A DNA stretch of 47,502 nucleotides from NCBI RefSeq assembly GCF_004010195.1, contig NC_057749.1, positions 24,505,346 through 24,552,847 of the forward strand, written 5' to 3'. This DNA is from Chiloscyllium plagiosum (Eukaryota). Below the pieces are notes generated by a model. It worked only from the letters and a program-made list of their open reading frames with translations, had not been told where the DNA came from and ran no database searches. A program made the translations under genes and the position numbers. Of the stretch, positions 36,411 to 47,502 are shown piece by piece; the first letter of the stretch is position 1, and each line of letters begins with the position of its first letter.

Positions 36411-36884
36411 TGAATCCGAGAAACCAGAATTGAAGACTGATCATCACACTTAACTAAGGTGGTACAAAAACGCAGGGTTCTGGAGAAACACAGTAGGTCA
36501 GGCAGCAGAATTGCTGGACGTGAACTGTTAACTCAATTTCTCTCTCCACAGATGCTGCCAGACCTACTGAGTTTCTCCAGCACTTTCTGTTTTTGTTTCA
36601 GATCTTTGGTGTTTGCAGTTCTGTGTTCTAATAAGGGTGATGTTCTCATATGCGAACAGGTGTCAAAGATGGACTTGGTGTTAGATTTGATCCTGAGGTG
36701 TGTATCTGACTAGCTGTCAGCACCATTATTAAGGTAGTTTATTGCCATCTACTTGACATCTCTTGCTCTGTCCCATCTCAGCTCAAGCTGATTAAATCCT
36801 CCCTCATTCATTCCTCGATTAACTCGAAACTCAGCTGTGTCAAAGCAGTGCTGTCTGATCTCAAATACTTCACCCAGCACATTT

Positions 36885-37145
36885 GGGTGGTAAAGTGGCT
36901 CAGTGGTTAGCACAGCTGCCCCATCGTGCCAGGGACCTGGGTTAAATTCCAGCCTCAGGTGATTTTGCATGTTCTTCTGCCTGTCAGCATGGGTTTGCAC
37001 CCACAGTTAAAAAACGTGCAAGTTAGGTGGATTGGCTGTGGGAAATGCAGGGTTACAGGAATAGGGTATGGGTGGGAGGCTCTTCAGAGGGTTGGTGTGA
37101 ACTTGATGGGCTGAAGGGCCTACTTCCACACTGTAGGGATTCTAT
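36885..37145 (+). mobile_element. HE1-like SINE
   Basis: GTGGCTCAGTGGTTAGCAC head; TTCCACACTGTAGGGATTCTAT tail. Confidence 0.75.
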
Positions 37146-38369
37146 AACCTTGAGGTAATCAAAACTCTGAAGCCCATACTCATGATCATGTCAAGCCCCA
37201 TTCGACCACCACCACTATGCTTGCTGACCTTGTTTAAGCAATGTTTCAATTTTAAGATGGCCATCCCTCTCACCCTCTGGAATACTTACAGTCCCATAAC
37301 CATCCTTTATCCTCGGCACTTCCTGATTTTGATTATTTGATTATTGGTGCCTTCAGCTACCTGGGTTCTAAACTCTGGAAATCCTTCATGAAAACACTCT
37401 CCGTCTCTATCTCCCTCTCATCCTTTAAGATTCTCCTTAAGTCTTAGAACATACTTTTGGCCACCTGACCCTGTGCATTTTATGTAGTTTGGTGTCAAAT
37501 ATTATTTTATAATGTCCTTATGAAATGCCTTTGAGGTGCTGCATCAATGCAAGTTGTTGTTGTTCAGTATATCAAAAGAAGAAATTAAATCCTGTTCAGT
37601 TGAATAATACATTGGTTTTGAGCAGTGTATCTTACTTGAAATGAGAAGGTCATTCAAGCAACAAAGTTTATATAAGGATCACCCTGAAGAATTCTAAGTC
37701 AGCTTCTGTTACCACATGTGGAACTGGGCAGAGATAAATATATCAGTTACTTCTCATTTGAGATAAAACAAGCAAGGTTTTTATTTAAGCATTCATTTTG
37801 AATTCTTCCTCTAGTGTACTCTAGGCCATTAAACTAATAGACCCCACACACATTTCCAAAGATATAAGAAAGCCACAGCAAAAATTATCTTCAGTTTATT
37901 ACAGATAAAATGAAAGTAAATGAAGAAAGGCAGGTTTATTATTTTTAAAAACATTTCTGAACATCTTTTCTGTAATGCTAAAGTGATTTGTTGGATGAAC
38001 AAAATTATACAAATATACAGGCCATTCGGCCCATCGAGCCTTCTCCACCTTTTTTTTACTTCATTGGGACATGGGCTGCACTGGCTCGCCAGCATTTATT
38101 GCCCTTCCATGTGTCTGGAGTCACATGACAGCCAGAAAAAGTAAGGATGATAGTTTCATTCCCTAAAGCGTATTAGTGAACCAGATGGGTTTTTCCAACA
38201 ATTGACAATGGTTAACATTTGACTCTTAATTCTAGATATTTATTGAATTCAAATTTCACCATCTGCTGTGGTGGGATTCGAACCCAGTTCCCCAGAACAT
38301 TACCTGGATCTCTGCGTTAATAATTGAGGAGGTGGAAGAGTTAGCACTGTGGGCAGTGTTTTGCAGTAG

Positions 38370-39135
38370 AGGTGAGAGTGTTGAGGTCAAGGAGGGAGGG
38401 TTGGGGTCGAGGAGGGAGAGTTGAGTTTGAAGGTGGGGTGGAGGAGGGAGTGCTAGGATCAAGGAAGGGTCGAGGAGGGAATGTTGGGATTGAGGGGGGA
38501 GAGTTGAGGTTGAGGGGGNNNNNNNNNNNNNNNNNNNNNNNNNNNNNNNNNNNNNNNNNNNNNNNNNNNNNNNNNNNNNNNNNNNNNNNNNNNNNNNNNN
38601 NNNNNNNNNNNNNNNNNNNNNNNNNNNNNNNNNNNNNNNNNNNNNNNNNNNNNNNNNNNNNNNNNNNNNNNNNNNNNNNNNNNNNNNNNNNNNNNNNNNN
38701 NNNNNNNNNNNNNNNNNNNNNNNNNNNNNNNNNNNNNNNNNNNNNNNNNNNNNNNNNNNNNNNNNNNNNNNNNGGGTTAAGGAAGGAGTATTGGGGTCAA
38801 GGAGGTGTCATGGAAGGAGTGTTGGGGTTGAGGAGCAAGTGTTGGTGTTGAGGAGGGAGTATTGGTGTCAAGGAGGGAGAATTGGGGTTGAGGAGGGGTC
38901 ATGGAGGGAGTGTTGGGGTTGAGGAAGGAATGTTGGGATCGAGGAGGGGTTGTGGAGGGAGTATTAGAGCCCAGGAGGGGAGTGTTAGGATTGAGGTCGG
39001 TTTGTTGGAGCCCGGAGGGAAGTCAGTATTGAAGTGGGATATTAGGGCTGACCGTTGGGCAGTGGCCAGTCAGGGCTGAGGGGGATATTGGGGCTGAGGA
39101 GGGGGTACTTAGGTCAGACTGTGGGGGGAAGGGGG
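38370..39135 (+). repeat. Degenerate G-rich minisatellite with a unit of about 20 bp (AGGAGGGAGTGTTGGGGTYR) spanning an assembly gap (N 38519-38773)
   Basis: Units at 38851-38870 and 38871-38890; strong G/C strand skew. Confidence 0.75.
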
Positions 39136-40004
39136 TATCGAGAACCATGTGATCTTTGTCTGTAGAGGAGTGTGCAATGTATTGAAGTGTTATATCTGAA
39201 TTCATTTTATCGTAAATTGTCCCACTTTCCTTAGACAAACACAACTGCCCATTATTAGACAACTTTTCATTCAGAAGAAAATCCCTCTATCTAAACTAGC
39301 AGCAGGAAAATATAACCTTTGAGGAGATCACGTAGGTTGGTTGTTTACCAACAATACGATGAGAAAGTGCATGAGTCTAACAATTGGAAACTCGATAAAC
39401 CCCCCCAGGTAAAATATGAACCGCCTGGAATGAGCAGCATGGAAAAGTGTTTGTGAATCGTCAGCTGACGCTGAGATTAGACACATGTGAATCACAGATT
39501 GGCTCTCCTTCAGGAACAACAAAGTGCCAACTCTCTCCTTTTCCTTACCAGGAGTGGCAGCAGGGTACAGGATGAGAAATTGTATCTCTTAAAAAGGAAA
39601 TAAATCAATCTGAATGGAAGACAGGGCCTATGCCGAACTGGGGAGACCGTGGCAATATTATTGGATGCATAATTCAGAGATCTGGGCTGATATTCAACCT
39701 GGGAGAATGGACTTCATTTTCCACTTTGACACTCTAGAGCTTTCAGGAGTCAACAATTTCAGACTGTAACTCTCGCTTCCATTTCGATTATGTCCCTCTC
39801 CCCTCACCCCCTGCTAGGTCCTGCCTGTGTGGGTTTGTTCTTAACAGACCTGACCAGTTACCATCTACCATTAACACCTAGCATTACCTTGTATCACTCC
39901 TTTACTCTCAATAGCATTTTTCTCCTGGCACCCTCACCATCATTTTTCAGCCCCCTACATTTCCAAAGGACTTGAAATGTTGACTCTGTTTCACACTGAG
40001 GCAG

Positions 40005-40490
40005 TGATGCGTGGTGGCTCAGTGGTTAGCACTACTACCTCACAACGTCAGGGACCCAGGTTCAATTCCACCCTCAGGTAGCCTTTTGTGTGGGATTTGC
40101 AATTTCTCCCCGTGTCTGTGTGGGTTTCGTCTGGGTGCTCCGGTTTCCTACTGCAGTCCAAAAAATGTACAGGTTAGGTGGATTGTCCATGCTAAATTGC
40201 CCATGGTGTTCAGGGATATGTAGGCTAGGTGGATGATGATGGATCATGATCATGACCATGAATCCATTGTTGATTGTCAGGAAAAACCCATCTGATTCAA
40301 TTTAGGGAAGGAAACTGCCATCCTTACCTGGTCTGGCCTACATGTGACTCCAGACCCACAGCTATGACTCTTAACTGCAAGGGAGATGCAGGGTTACAGG
40401 GCTAGGCTAGGGGTGTGCACCTGAGTGGGAGGATTGTTGTGTACTCGATGGGCTGAATGGCCTGCTTCAACACTGTTGAGTTTCTATTAC
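40005..40490 (+). mobile_element. HE1-like SINE interrupted at about 40232-40378 by another repeat
   Basis: Head GTGGCTCAGTGGTTAGCAC...GGTTCAATTCC; tail GATGGGCTGAATGGCCTG. Confidence 0.7.
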
Positions 40491-40774
40491 TCCACAGACA
40501 CTGCCAGACCTGCTAACTGTGTTTAAAGTGTCCTGGGGACATTGGTTCAAATCCTACCATGGTAGCAGCTGGAAATTATGTCCAATTAATACATTTGGAA
40601 CATAGAACTAGCCTCAGGGAGGGTAATTATAAAACTATCATCAATTATTGTAAAAAAAAATTTGCTTCACCAGTGTCCTTCAGGGAAGGAAACCTGCTGT
40701 CCTTACCTGGTCTAACCAACATGTGATTTCAGTTCCACAGCAAGTGGTTGATTCTTAACTATCCTCTTAAATAG

Positions 40775-41075
40775 GGGAGGTGATGGCCTTGTGGTATTAT
40801 CACTGAACTGTTAATCCAGAGACCCAGATAATGATCTGGGGACCTGGGTTCAAATCCTGCCATGGCAAATGGTGGAATTTGAATTGAATAAGAATCTGGA
40901 ATTAAGAGTCTATTGATAACTATGAATCGATTGTCAGGAAAAACCTGCCTGGTTTGCTTTAGGGAAGGAAACTGCCATCTTTCCCTGGTTTGGCCTACAT
41001 ATGACTCCAGACCCACAGCAATGAGGTTGACTCTTACCTTAATTAGGGATGGGCAATAAATGCTGGCCTTAATAG
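40775..41075 (+). mobile_element. tRNA-headed dispersed repeat (further copies at about 18960-19270, 21240-21420, 38060-38320, 40530-40770, 42890-43495)
   Basis: Recurrent GGGTTCAAATCC...AGGGAAGGAAACTGCCATC...GACTCCAGACCCACAGC...GATGGGCAATAAATGCTGGCC. Confidence 0.7.
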
Positions 41076-41101
41076 CCAATAACAAATAAAGAAATGCTCT
41101 A

Positions 41102-41229
41102 AAGATTCGTGCACTTTGTGTCTTCCACTGTGTCTCACACCTGCACACACACACCATGGGTGCTGGGGAAAAAATAAGCACTACCGCACTTAGGTGGTAG
41201 TGAGGGGGTTAAATAAATAAATTAAAAAA
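41102..41229 (+). mobile_element. Tx1/L1-type 3' end with 18-bp target-site duplication
   Basis: AAATAAAGAAATGCTCTA at 41084-41101 and 41230-41247; sequence is the reverse complement of 28650-28777. Confidence 0.8.
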
Positions 41230-41419
41230 AAATAAAGAAATGCTCTACCATCTTTGAAAAGGTCAGAGGTTCCTGCTCCTGGCTTCATTTCCCCTTTACA
41301 TATTCGCCGTTATTGCTCAGCTGGTAAGTGTTACTTCACCAAATTCCTCAGTTCAGGTGGAAGCAATTCACATTTCCACTGCAAATCTGAATTCTCCACA
41401 GAAATGTTTCTCAAACAGG

Positions 41420-41750
41420 ACTAGATAGGATAAATACAGGAAAGATGTTCCTGGTGACTCAGGAGTCCAGAACCACGGCCCTTAGCCTGAGGATCCTGTG
41501 TTTAGTCGAGACTGAAATGAGGAGAAGTGTCTTCACCCAGAGAGTGGGGAGCCTCTGGAATTCTCTGCCACAGAAGGTGGTTGAGGCCAAAACATTGAGC
41601 ATTTTCAAGAAGGAGCTAGATATAGTTCTTAGGGTTAAAGGGAGAAAGTTGGAACATAGTACTGAGCTGGATGATCAACCATGATTATATTGTATGGCGG
41701 AGCAGGCTCGATGGGCCAAGTGGTCTACGCCTGGTCCTATTCTCTCTGTT
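41420..41750 (+). mobile_element. CR1 LINE 3' region
   Basis: EMRRSVFTQRVGSLWNSLPQKVVEA translation; GCAGGCTCGATGGGCC tail. Confidence 0.75.
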
Positions 41751-43049
41751 TCTGTGTGTGGGAGATGAAGGTCTTCCAGTGGGATCCCAGCAATTGGCTG
41801 CTTGTCAACAAAATGCCACCACTGACTTTGCACAAAATCATGACTTTTTTTTGACATTTTAGCGATGAAATCTATTTGCAGCAAAACCATTGCAACCTTT
41901 AGGTATGATTCGATTTATTTTCACGTGTATTTATTACAAATACAGTGGAAAGTGTTGTTTAGTGTCGTCAGTCTCCGATGCCATCTTAAAACACAAAATA
42001 AACCAAAACACTGAATATAGAGCCAGACAAATCAAACAATATAAAGGCCTGGGACCTGCTCCTCACTCACAGAGAGGCCTTGGGTGGGTGGAGGTGCCCT
42101 TGCCCTTGTAATGCTGCCGCCGCCAGACACCTTCCCCTTCATCACTTACTCGGCCTTGCCACTCCTGTGGCCTGAGCCGCCATCTTTGTCCACCAACCCA
42201 CACAGGGTCTGCTCTCGCTTCCAAGGCCAATAACATCCAGGCCCTGATTAATCAAATGTCATTGTCAGATTGTGATATGAACATTTTTGCAAAGCTCCAC
42301 TTCTAATGTCTGCTCAACTTGTGAAACACGTGCCCCTCTGCCCATTGCCCCACACAAAGATGGCAGCTGTCCATTGCCCCACTTAAAAATGGAAGCCATC
42401 ATCCCTGGACCTAATTCTGGGGGGATGCTTTGCAGACCAGTGTAACTGAAGGACTGCGAGTTTCCCACCCATGATCTGAGACCTCTCCAATATCTTTAAA
42501 AATTTTCACCATACAATATTGAAATGCAAGTAAAAATAAAAATACACTTCTTGGAAAATGTGGGGTTTTATTTTTATCACGTGAGTCATGGTTTTCAACA
42601 AAATGTTCAGTGATATTCAAGATGCAGGAGGTTGGTTAACTGCTGCACTACAATATACAAGTTGCAGGCTCAGCTGAGTACCTACGACTGAGCTTCAGTG
42701 TAGCTGTTTAATTTGCAATGCAACACTTCCAGAGTTATGTTACAGAGATGCAGCTAATGGCTTTCTCATGCATATACGGCCTTGTTTACTAAACCATTAC
42801 TGGCATTAAATTCCATCAGAGATTTAGGCTTGCTTGATAATACTTAAATGTTTAAATATTTTGCGGTCATCCGTTCTTTTATCTACTCAGAGGATGTTGC
42901 TCACTAGGCCAGCGTTTTTTGCTCCTCCCTACTTACCCCAGAGGGCAGTTAAGAGTCAACCACATTGCTGTGGGTCTGGAGTCACATGTAGGTCAGACCA
43001 GGTAAGGACAGCAGTTTCCCTCCCAAAAGGATGTTAGTGAACCAGGTGG

Positions 43050-43333
43050 ATTTTTTTTAAGAATCCCTCCCCACACTGCTGCCAAATAGTGGTAGTGCTT
43101 ACTTCTCCCAAGCACCCAGTTCATGTACGTGTAGGTGTAGGACACAGTGAAGAAACATAGAGTGCAGAAAACTTTGTTTGTATTCCTCCAGCAGAAAGAA
43201 AATAAACACCTGAGTGGCCAGTGACAAGCAGTGGCCCTCTCTTCAAGGGCAATGCGTACATGAATGAAAAAGTGAAGGGGCGAAATTAAAATAGAATTGG
43301 AGGGGGAAATAAAGCAGTCTGTGCTCACCTCTA
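43050..43333 (-). mobile_element. Diverged Tx1/L1-type 3' end inserted in a tRNA-headed repeat
   Basis: Colinear with 28660-28930; imperfect duplication ACCAGRTGG-Tn at 43041 and 43334. Confidence 0.65.
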
Positions 43334-43569
43334 CCAGATGGTTTTTTTCAATGACGATTGATTCACAGTCATCATTTAGACTCTTAATTACAGTTTTTAT
43401 TGAATTCATCTGCTGTGGCAGGTTTTGAACTTGGTCCTCAGAACATTACTTGGGTCTCTGGTTTATTATTTAGCAATAAATCCAGTAGGCCATCACCTGC
43501 TGCCAGATTTGTGCAATCCATCACCTTATTTAGTGCTCCCTGAACACTAAGAGCCTTGGTACATTCTAC

Positions 43570-46500
43570 TGAATCTTCATGTATGTTACCTGTCAATCTT
43601 CATGTATGTTATCTGTGAATCTTCATTATGTTACCTGTGAATCTTCATGTATGTTACCTGTGAATCTTCACGTATGTTACCTGTGAATCTTCATGTATGT
43701 TATCTGTGAATCTTCACATGTTACCTGTGAATCTTCACATATGTTACCTGTGAATCTTCACGTATACTACCTGTGAATTGTCATGTATGTTATCTGTGAA
43801 TCTTCATTATGTTACCTGTGAATCTTCATGTATGTTACCTGTGAATCTTCATGTATGTTACCTGTGAATCTTCACGTATGTTACCTGTGAATCTTCATGT
43901 ATGTTATCTGTGAATCTTCATTATGTTATCTGTGAATCTTCACGTATATTACCTGTGAATCTTCACATATGTTATCTGTGAATCTTCACATATGTTACCT
44001 GTGAATCTTCACATATGTTACCTGTGAATCTTCACGTATGCTACCTGCGAATTGTCATGTATGTTATCTGTGAATCTTTACATATGTTTATTGGGCAGCA
44101 CGGTGGCACAGTGGTTAGCACTGCTGCCTCACAGCGCCAGAGACCCAGGTTCAATTCCCGCCTCAGGCGACTGGAATTGGCCATGCTAAATTGCCTGTAG
44201 TGTTAGGTAAGGGGTAAATGTAGGGGTATGGGTGGGTTGCGCTTCGGCGGGGCGGTGTGGACATGTTGGGCCGAAGGGCCTGTTTCCACACTGTAAGTAA
44301 CCTAAACCTAATCTAAATATGTTACCTGTGAATCTTCACATATGTTACCTGTGAATCTTCACGTATGCTACCTGTGAATTGTCATGTATGTTATCTGTGA
44401 ATCTTCACATGTGTTACCTGTAAATCTTTATGTATGCTATCTGTGAATCTTCACATATGTTACCTGTGAATCTTCATGTATGCTATCTGTGAATCTTCAC
44501 ATATGTTACCTGTGAATCTTCATGTATGTTACCTGTCAATCTTCACGTATGTTACCTGTGAATCTTCATGTATGTTACCTGTGAATCTTCGCGTATGTTA
44601 CCTGTGAATCTTCACGTATATTACCTGTGAATCTTCATGTACGCTATCTGTGAATCGTCACGTATGTTACCTGTGAACCTTCATGTATGTTACCTGTGAA
44701 TCTTCATGTATGTTGTCTGTGAATCTTCACGTATATTACCTGTGAATCTTCATGTATGTTATCTGTGAATCTTCACGTATATTACCTGTGAATCTTCATG
44801 TATGCTATCTGTGAATCTTCATGTATGTTACCTGTGAATCTTCATGTATGTTACCTGTGAATCTCCATGTTAGCTATCTGTGAATCTTCATGTATGTTAC
44901 CTGTGAATCGTCATGTATGTTACCTGTGAATCTTCACTTATGTTACCAGTGAATCTTCATGTATGCTATCAGTGAATCTTCACGTATATTACCTGTGAAT
45001 CTTCATGTATGTTATCTGTGAATCTTCACGTATACTACCTGTGAATCATCATGTATGTTATCTGTGAATCTTCACATATGTTACCTGTGAATCTTCACAT
45101 ATGTTACGTGTGAATCTTCATGTATGTTATCTGTGAATCTTCACGTATACTACCTGTGAATCGTCATGTATGTTATCTGTGAATCTTCACATATGTTACC
45201 TGTGAATCTTCACATATGTTACGTGTGAATCTTCATGTATGTTATCTGTGAATCTTCACATATATTACCTGAGAATCTTCACATGTGTTACCTGTAAATC
45301 TTTATGTATGTTACCTGTGAATCTTCATGCATGCTATCTGTGAATCTTCACATATGTTACCTATCTTCATGCATGCTATCTGTGAATCTTCACATATGTT
45401 ACCTGAGAATCCTCATGTATGTTACCTGTCAATCTTCACATATGTTGCCTGTGAATCTTCATGTATGTTATCTGTGAATATTCACGTGTATTACCTGTGA
45501 ATCTTCATGTATGTTACCTGTCAATCTTCACGTATATTACCTGAGAATTGTCATGTATGTTACCTGTGAATCTTCACGTATGTTATCTGTGAATCTTCAT
45601 GTATATTACCTGTTAATGGTCATGTATGTTATCTGTGAATCCTCACATATGTTACCTGTGAATCTTCATGTATGCTATCTGTGAATCTTCACATATGTTA
45701 CCTATGAATCTTCATGTATGTTACCTGTCAATCTTCACGTATGTTACCTGTGAATCTTCATGTATGTTACCTGTGAATCTTCGCGTATGTTACCTGTGAA
45801 TCTTCATGTATTTTACCTGTGAATCTTCACGTATGTTACCTGTGAATGTTCATGTATGTTACCTGTGAATCTTCATGTATGTTGTCTGTGAATCTTCACG
45901 TATATTACCTGTGAATCTTCATGTATGTTATCTGTGAATCTTCACGTATATTACCTGTGAATCTTCATGTATGCTATCTGTGAATCTTCATATATATTTC
46001 CTGTGAATCTTCATGTATGTTACCTGTGAATCTTCATGTATGTTACCTGTGAATCTCCATGTTAGCTATCTGTGAATCTTCACGTATGTTACCAGTGAAT
46101 CGTCATGTATGTTACCTGTGAATCTTCACGTATGTTACCAGTGAATCTTCATGTATGCTATCTGTGAATCTTCACGTATATTATTGTGAATCTTCATGTA
46201 TGTTATCTGTGAATCTTCACGTATACTACCTGTGAATCTTCATGTATGTTGTCTGTGAATCTTCACGTATATTACCTGTGAATCTTCATGTACGCTATCT
46301 GTGAATCTTCACGTATGTTACCTGTGAATCGTCATGTATGTTACCTGTGAATCCTCATGTATATTACCTGTGAATCTTCATGTATGTTACCTGTGAATCT
46401 TCATGTATGTTACCTGTGAATCTCCATGTTAGCTATCTGTGAATCTTCACGTATGTTACCTGTGAATCGTCATGTATGTTACCTGTGAATCTTCACGTAT

Positions 46501-47502
46501 GTTACCAGTGAATCTTCATGTATGCTATCTGTGAATCTTCACGTATATTACTGTGAATCTTCATGTATGTTATCTGTGAATCTTCACGTATACTACCTGT
46601 GAATCGTTATGTATGTTATCTGTGAATCTTCACATATGTTACCTGTGAATCTTCACATATGTTACCTGTCAATCTTCACGTATGCTATCTGTGAATTGTC
46701 ATGTATGTTACGTGTGAATCTTCACGTATGTTATCTGTGAATCTTCACATATATTACCTGAGAATCTTCACATGTATTACCTGTAAATCTTTATGTATGT
46801 TACCTGTGAATCTTCATGTATGCTATCTGTGAATCTTCACATATGTTACCTGTGAATCCTCATGTATGTTACCTGTCAATCTTCACATATGTTGCCTGTG
46901 AATCTTCATGTATGTTATCTGTGAATCTTCATGTATATTGCCTGTGAATCTTCATGTATGTTACCTGTGAATCTTCACGTATGTTACCTGTGAATCTTCA
47001 TGTGTGTTATCTGTGAATATTCACGTGTATTACCTGTGAATCTTCATGTATGTTACCTGTCGATCTTCACGTATATTACCTGTGAATCTTCACGTATGTT
47101 ACCTGTGAATCTTCACGTATGTTATCTGTGAATCTTCATGTATATTACCTGTTAATGGTCATGTGTGTTGTCTGTGAATCCTCACATATGTTACCTGTGA
47201 ATCTTCACATATGTTACCTGAGAATCTTTATGTTTGCTACCTGTGAATTGTCATGTATGTTACCTGTGAATCTTCACATATGTTATGTGTGACTCTTCAC
47301 ATATATTACCTGAGAATCTTCACAAGTATTACCTGTAAATCTTTATGTATGTTACCTGTGAATCTTCATGTATGCTATCTGTGAATCTTCACATATGTTA
47401 CCTGTGAATCTTCATGTATATTACCTGTCAATCTTCACGTATGTTACCTGTGAATCTTCATGTATGTTATCTGTGAATCTTCATGTATATTACCTGTGAA
47501 TC
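43570..47502. repeat. 23-bp tandem satellite, consensus GTGAATCTTCATGTATGTTACCT, roughly 160 copies, running off the window end
   Basis: Period read directly (GTGAATC at 43818 and 43841); head-to-tail with no unique spacers. Confidence 0.98.
44093..44316 (+). mobile_element. Internally deleted HE1-like SINE inserted in the satellite
   Basis: Matches the 22792 copy minus about 100 bp; flanked by ATATGTT at 44082-44088 and 44317-44323. Confidence 0.88.

Noticed and set aside
43570..47502. CRISPR-like array
   Set aside because: The 23-bp units are contiguous with no unique spacers, there are no cas genes, and the context is vertebrate; it is a satellite.

Overview
Eukaryotic, repeat-rich vertebrate DNA. 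It is almost certainly from a cartilaginous fish, given the HE1-type tRNA SINEs and the CR1/HER1, Penelope-like and Tx1/L1 fragments typical of sharks. The one gene I can support is a complete five-exon ornithine decarboxylase antizyme on the minus strand (CDS 26188/26110 to 11808). Its ORF2 is OAZ2-like, and it carries the intact +1 ribosomal frameshift site (UCC-UGA, 17507-17502) with its 3' pseudoknot. The ORF track misses the gene because of splicing and the frameshift. The most notable signal is at the 5' end: besides the OAZ2-type start (MINTQ), there is an in-frame upstream AUG encoding a 26-aa extension (MVRSSVERILNSHYFGKER...) closely resembling the OAZ1 long-isoform N-terminus, preceded by an 11-codon uORF. 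The rest is mostly transposon debris. It includes at least three Penelope-associated families with co-varying minimal hammerhead-ribozyme folds, a stack of poly(A)-tailed elements at one repeated target sequence (28.6-30.2 kb), and a 23-bp satellite with higher-order structure from 43.57 kb to the window end. There are two assembly gaps. Repeat family names come from recall of known consensus motifs, not from database searches.
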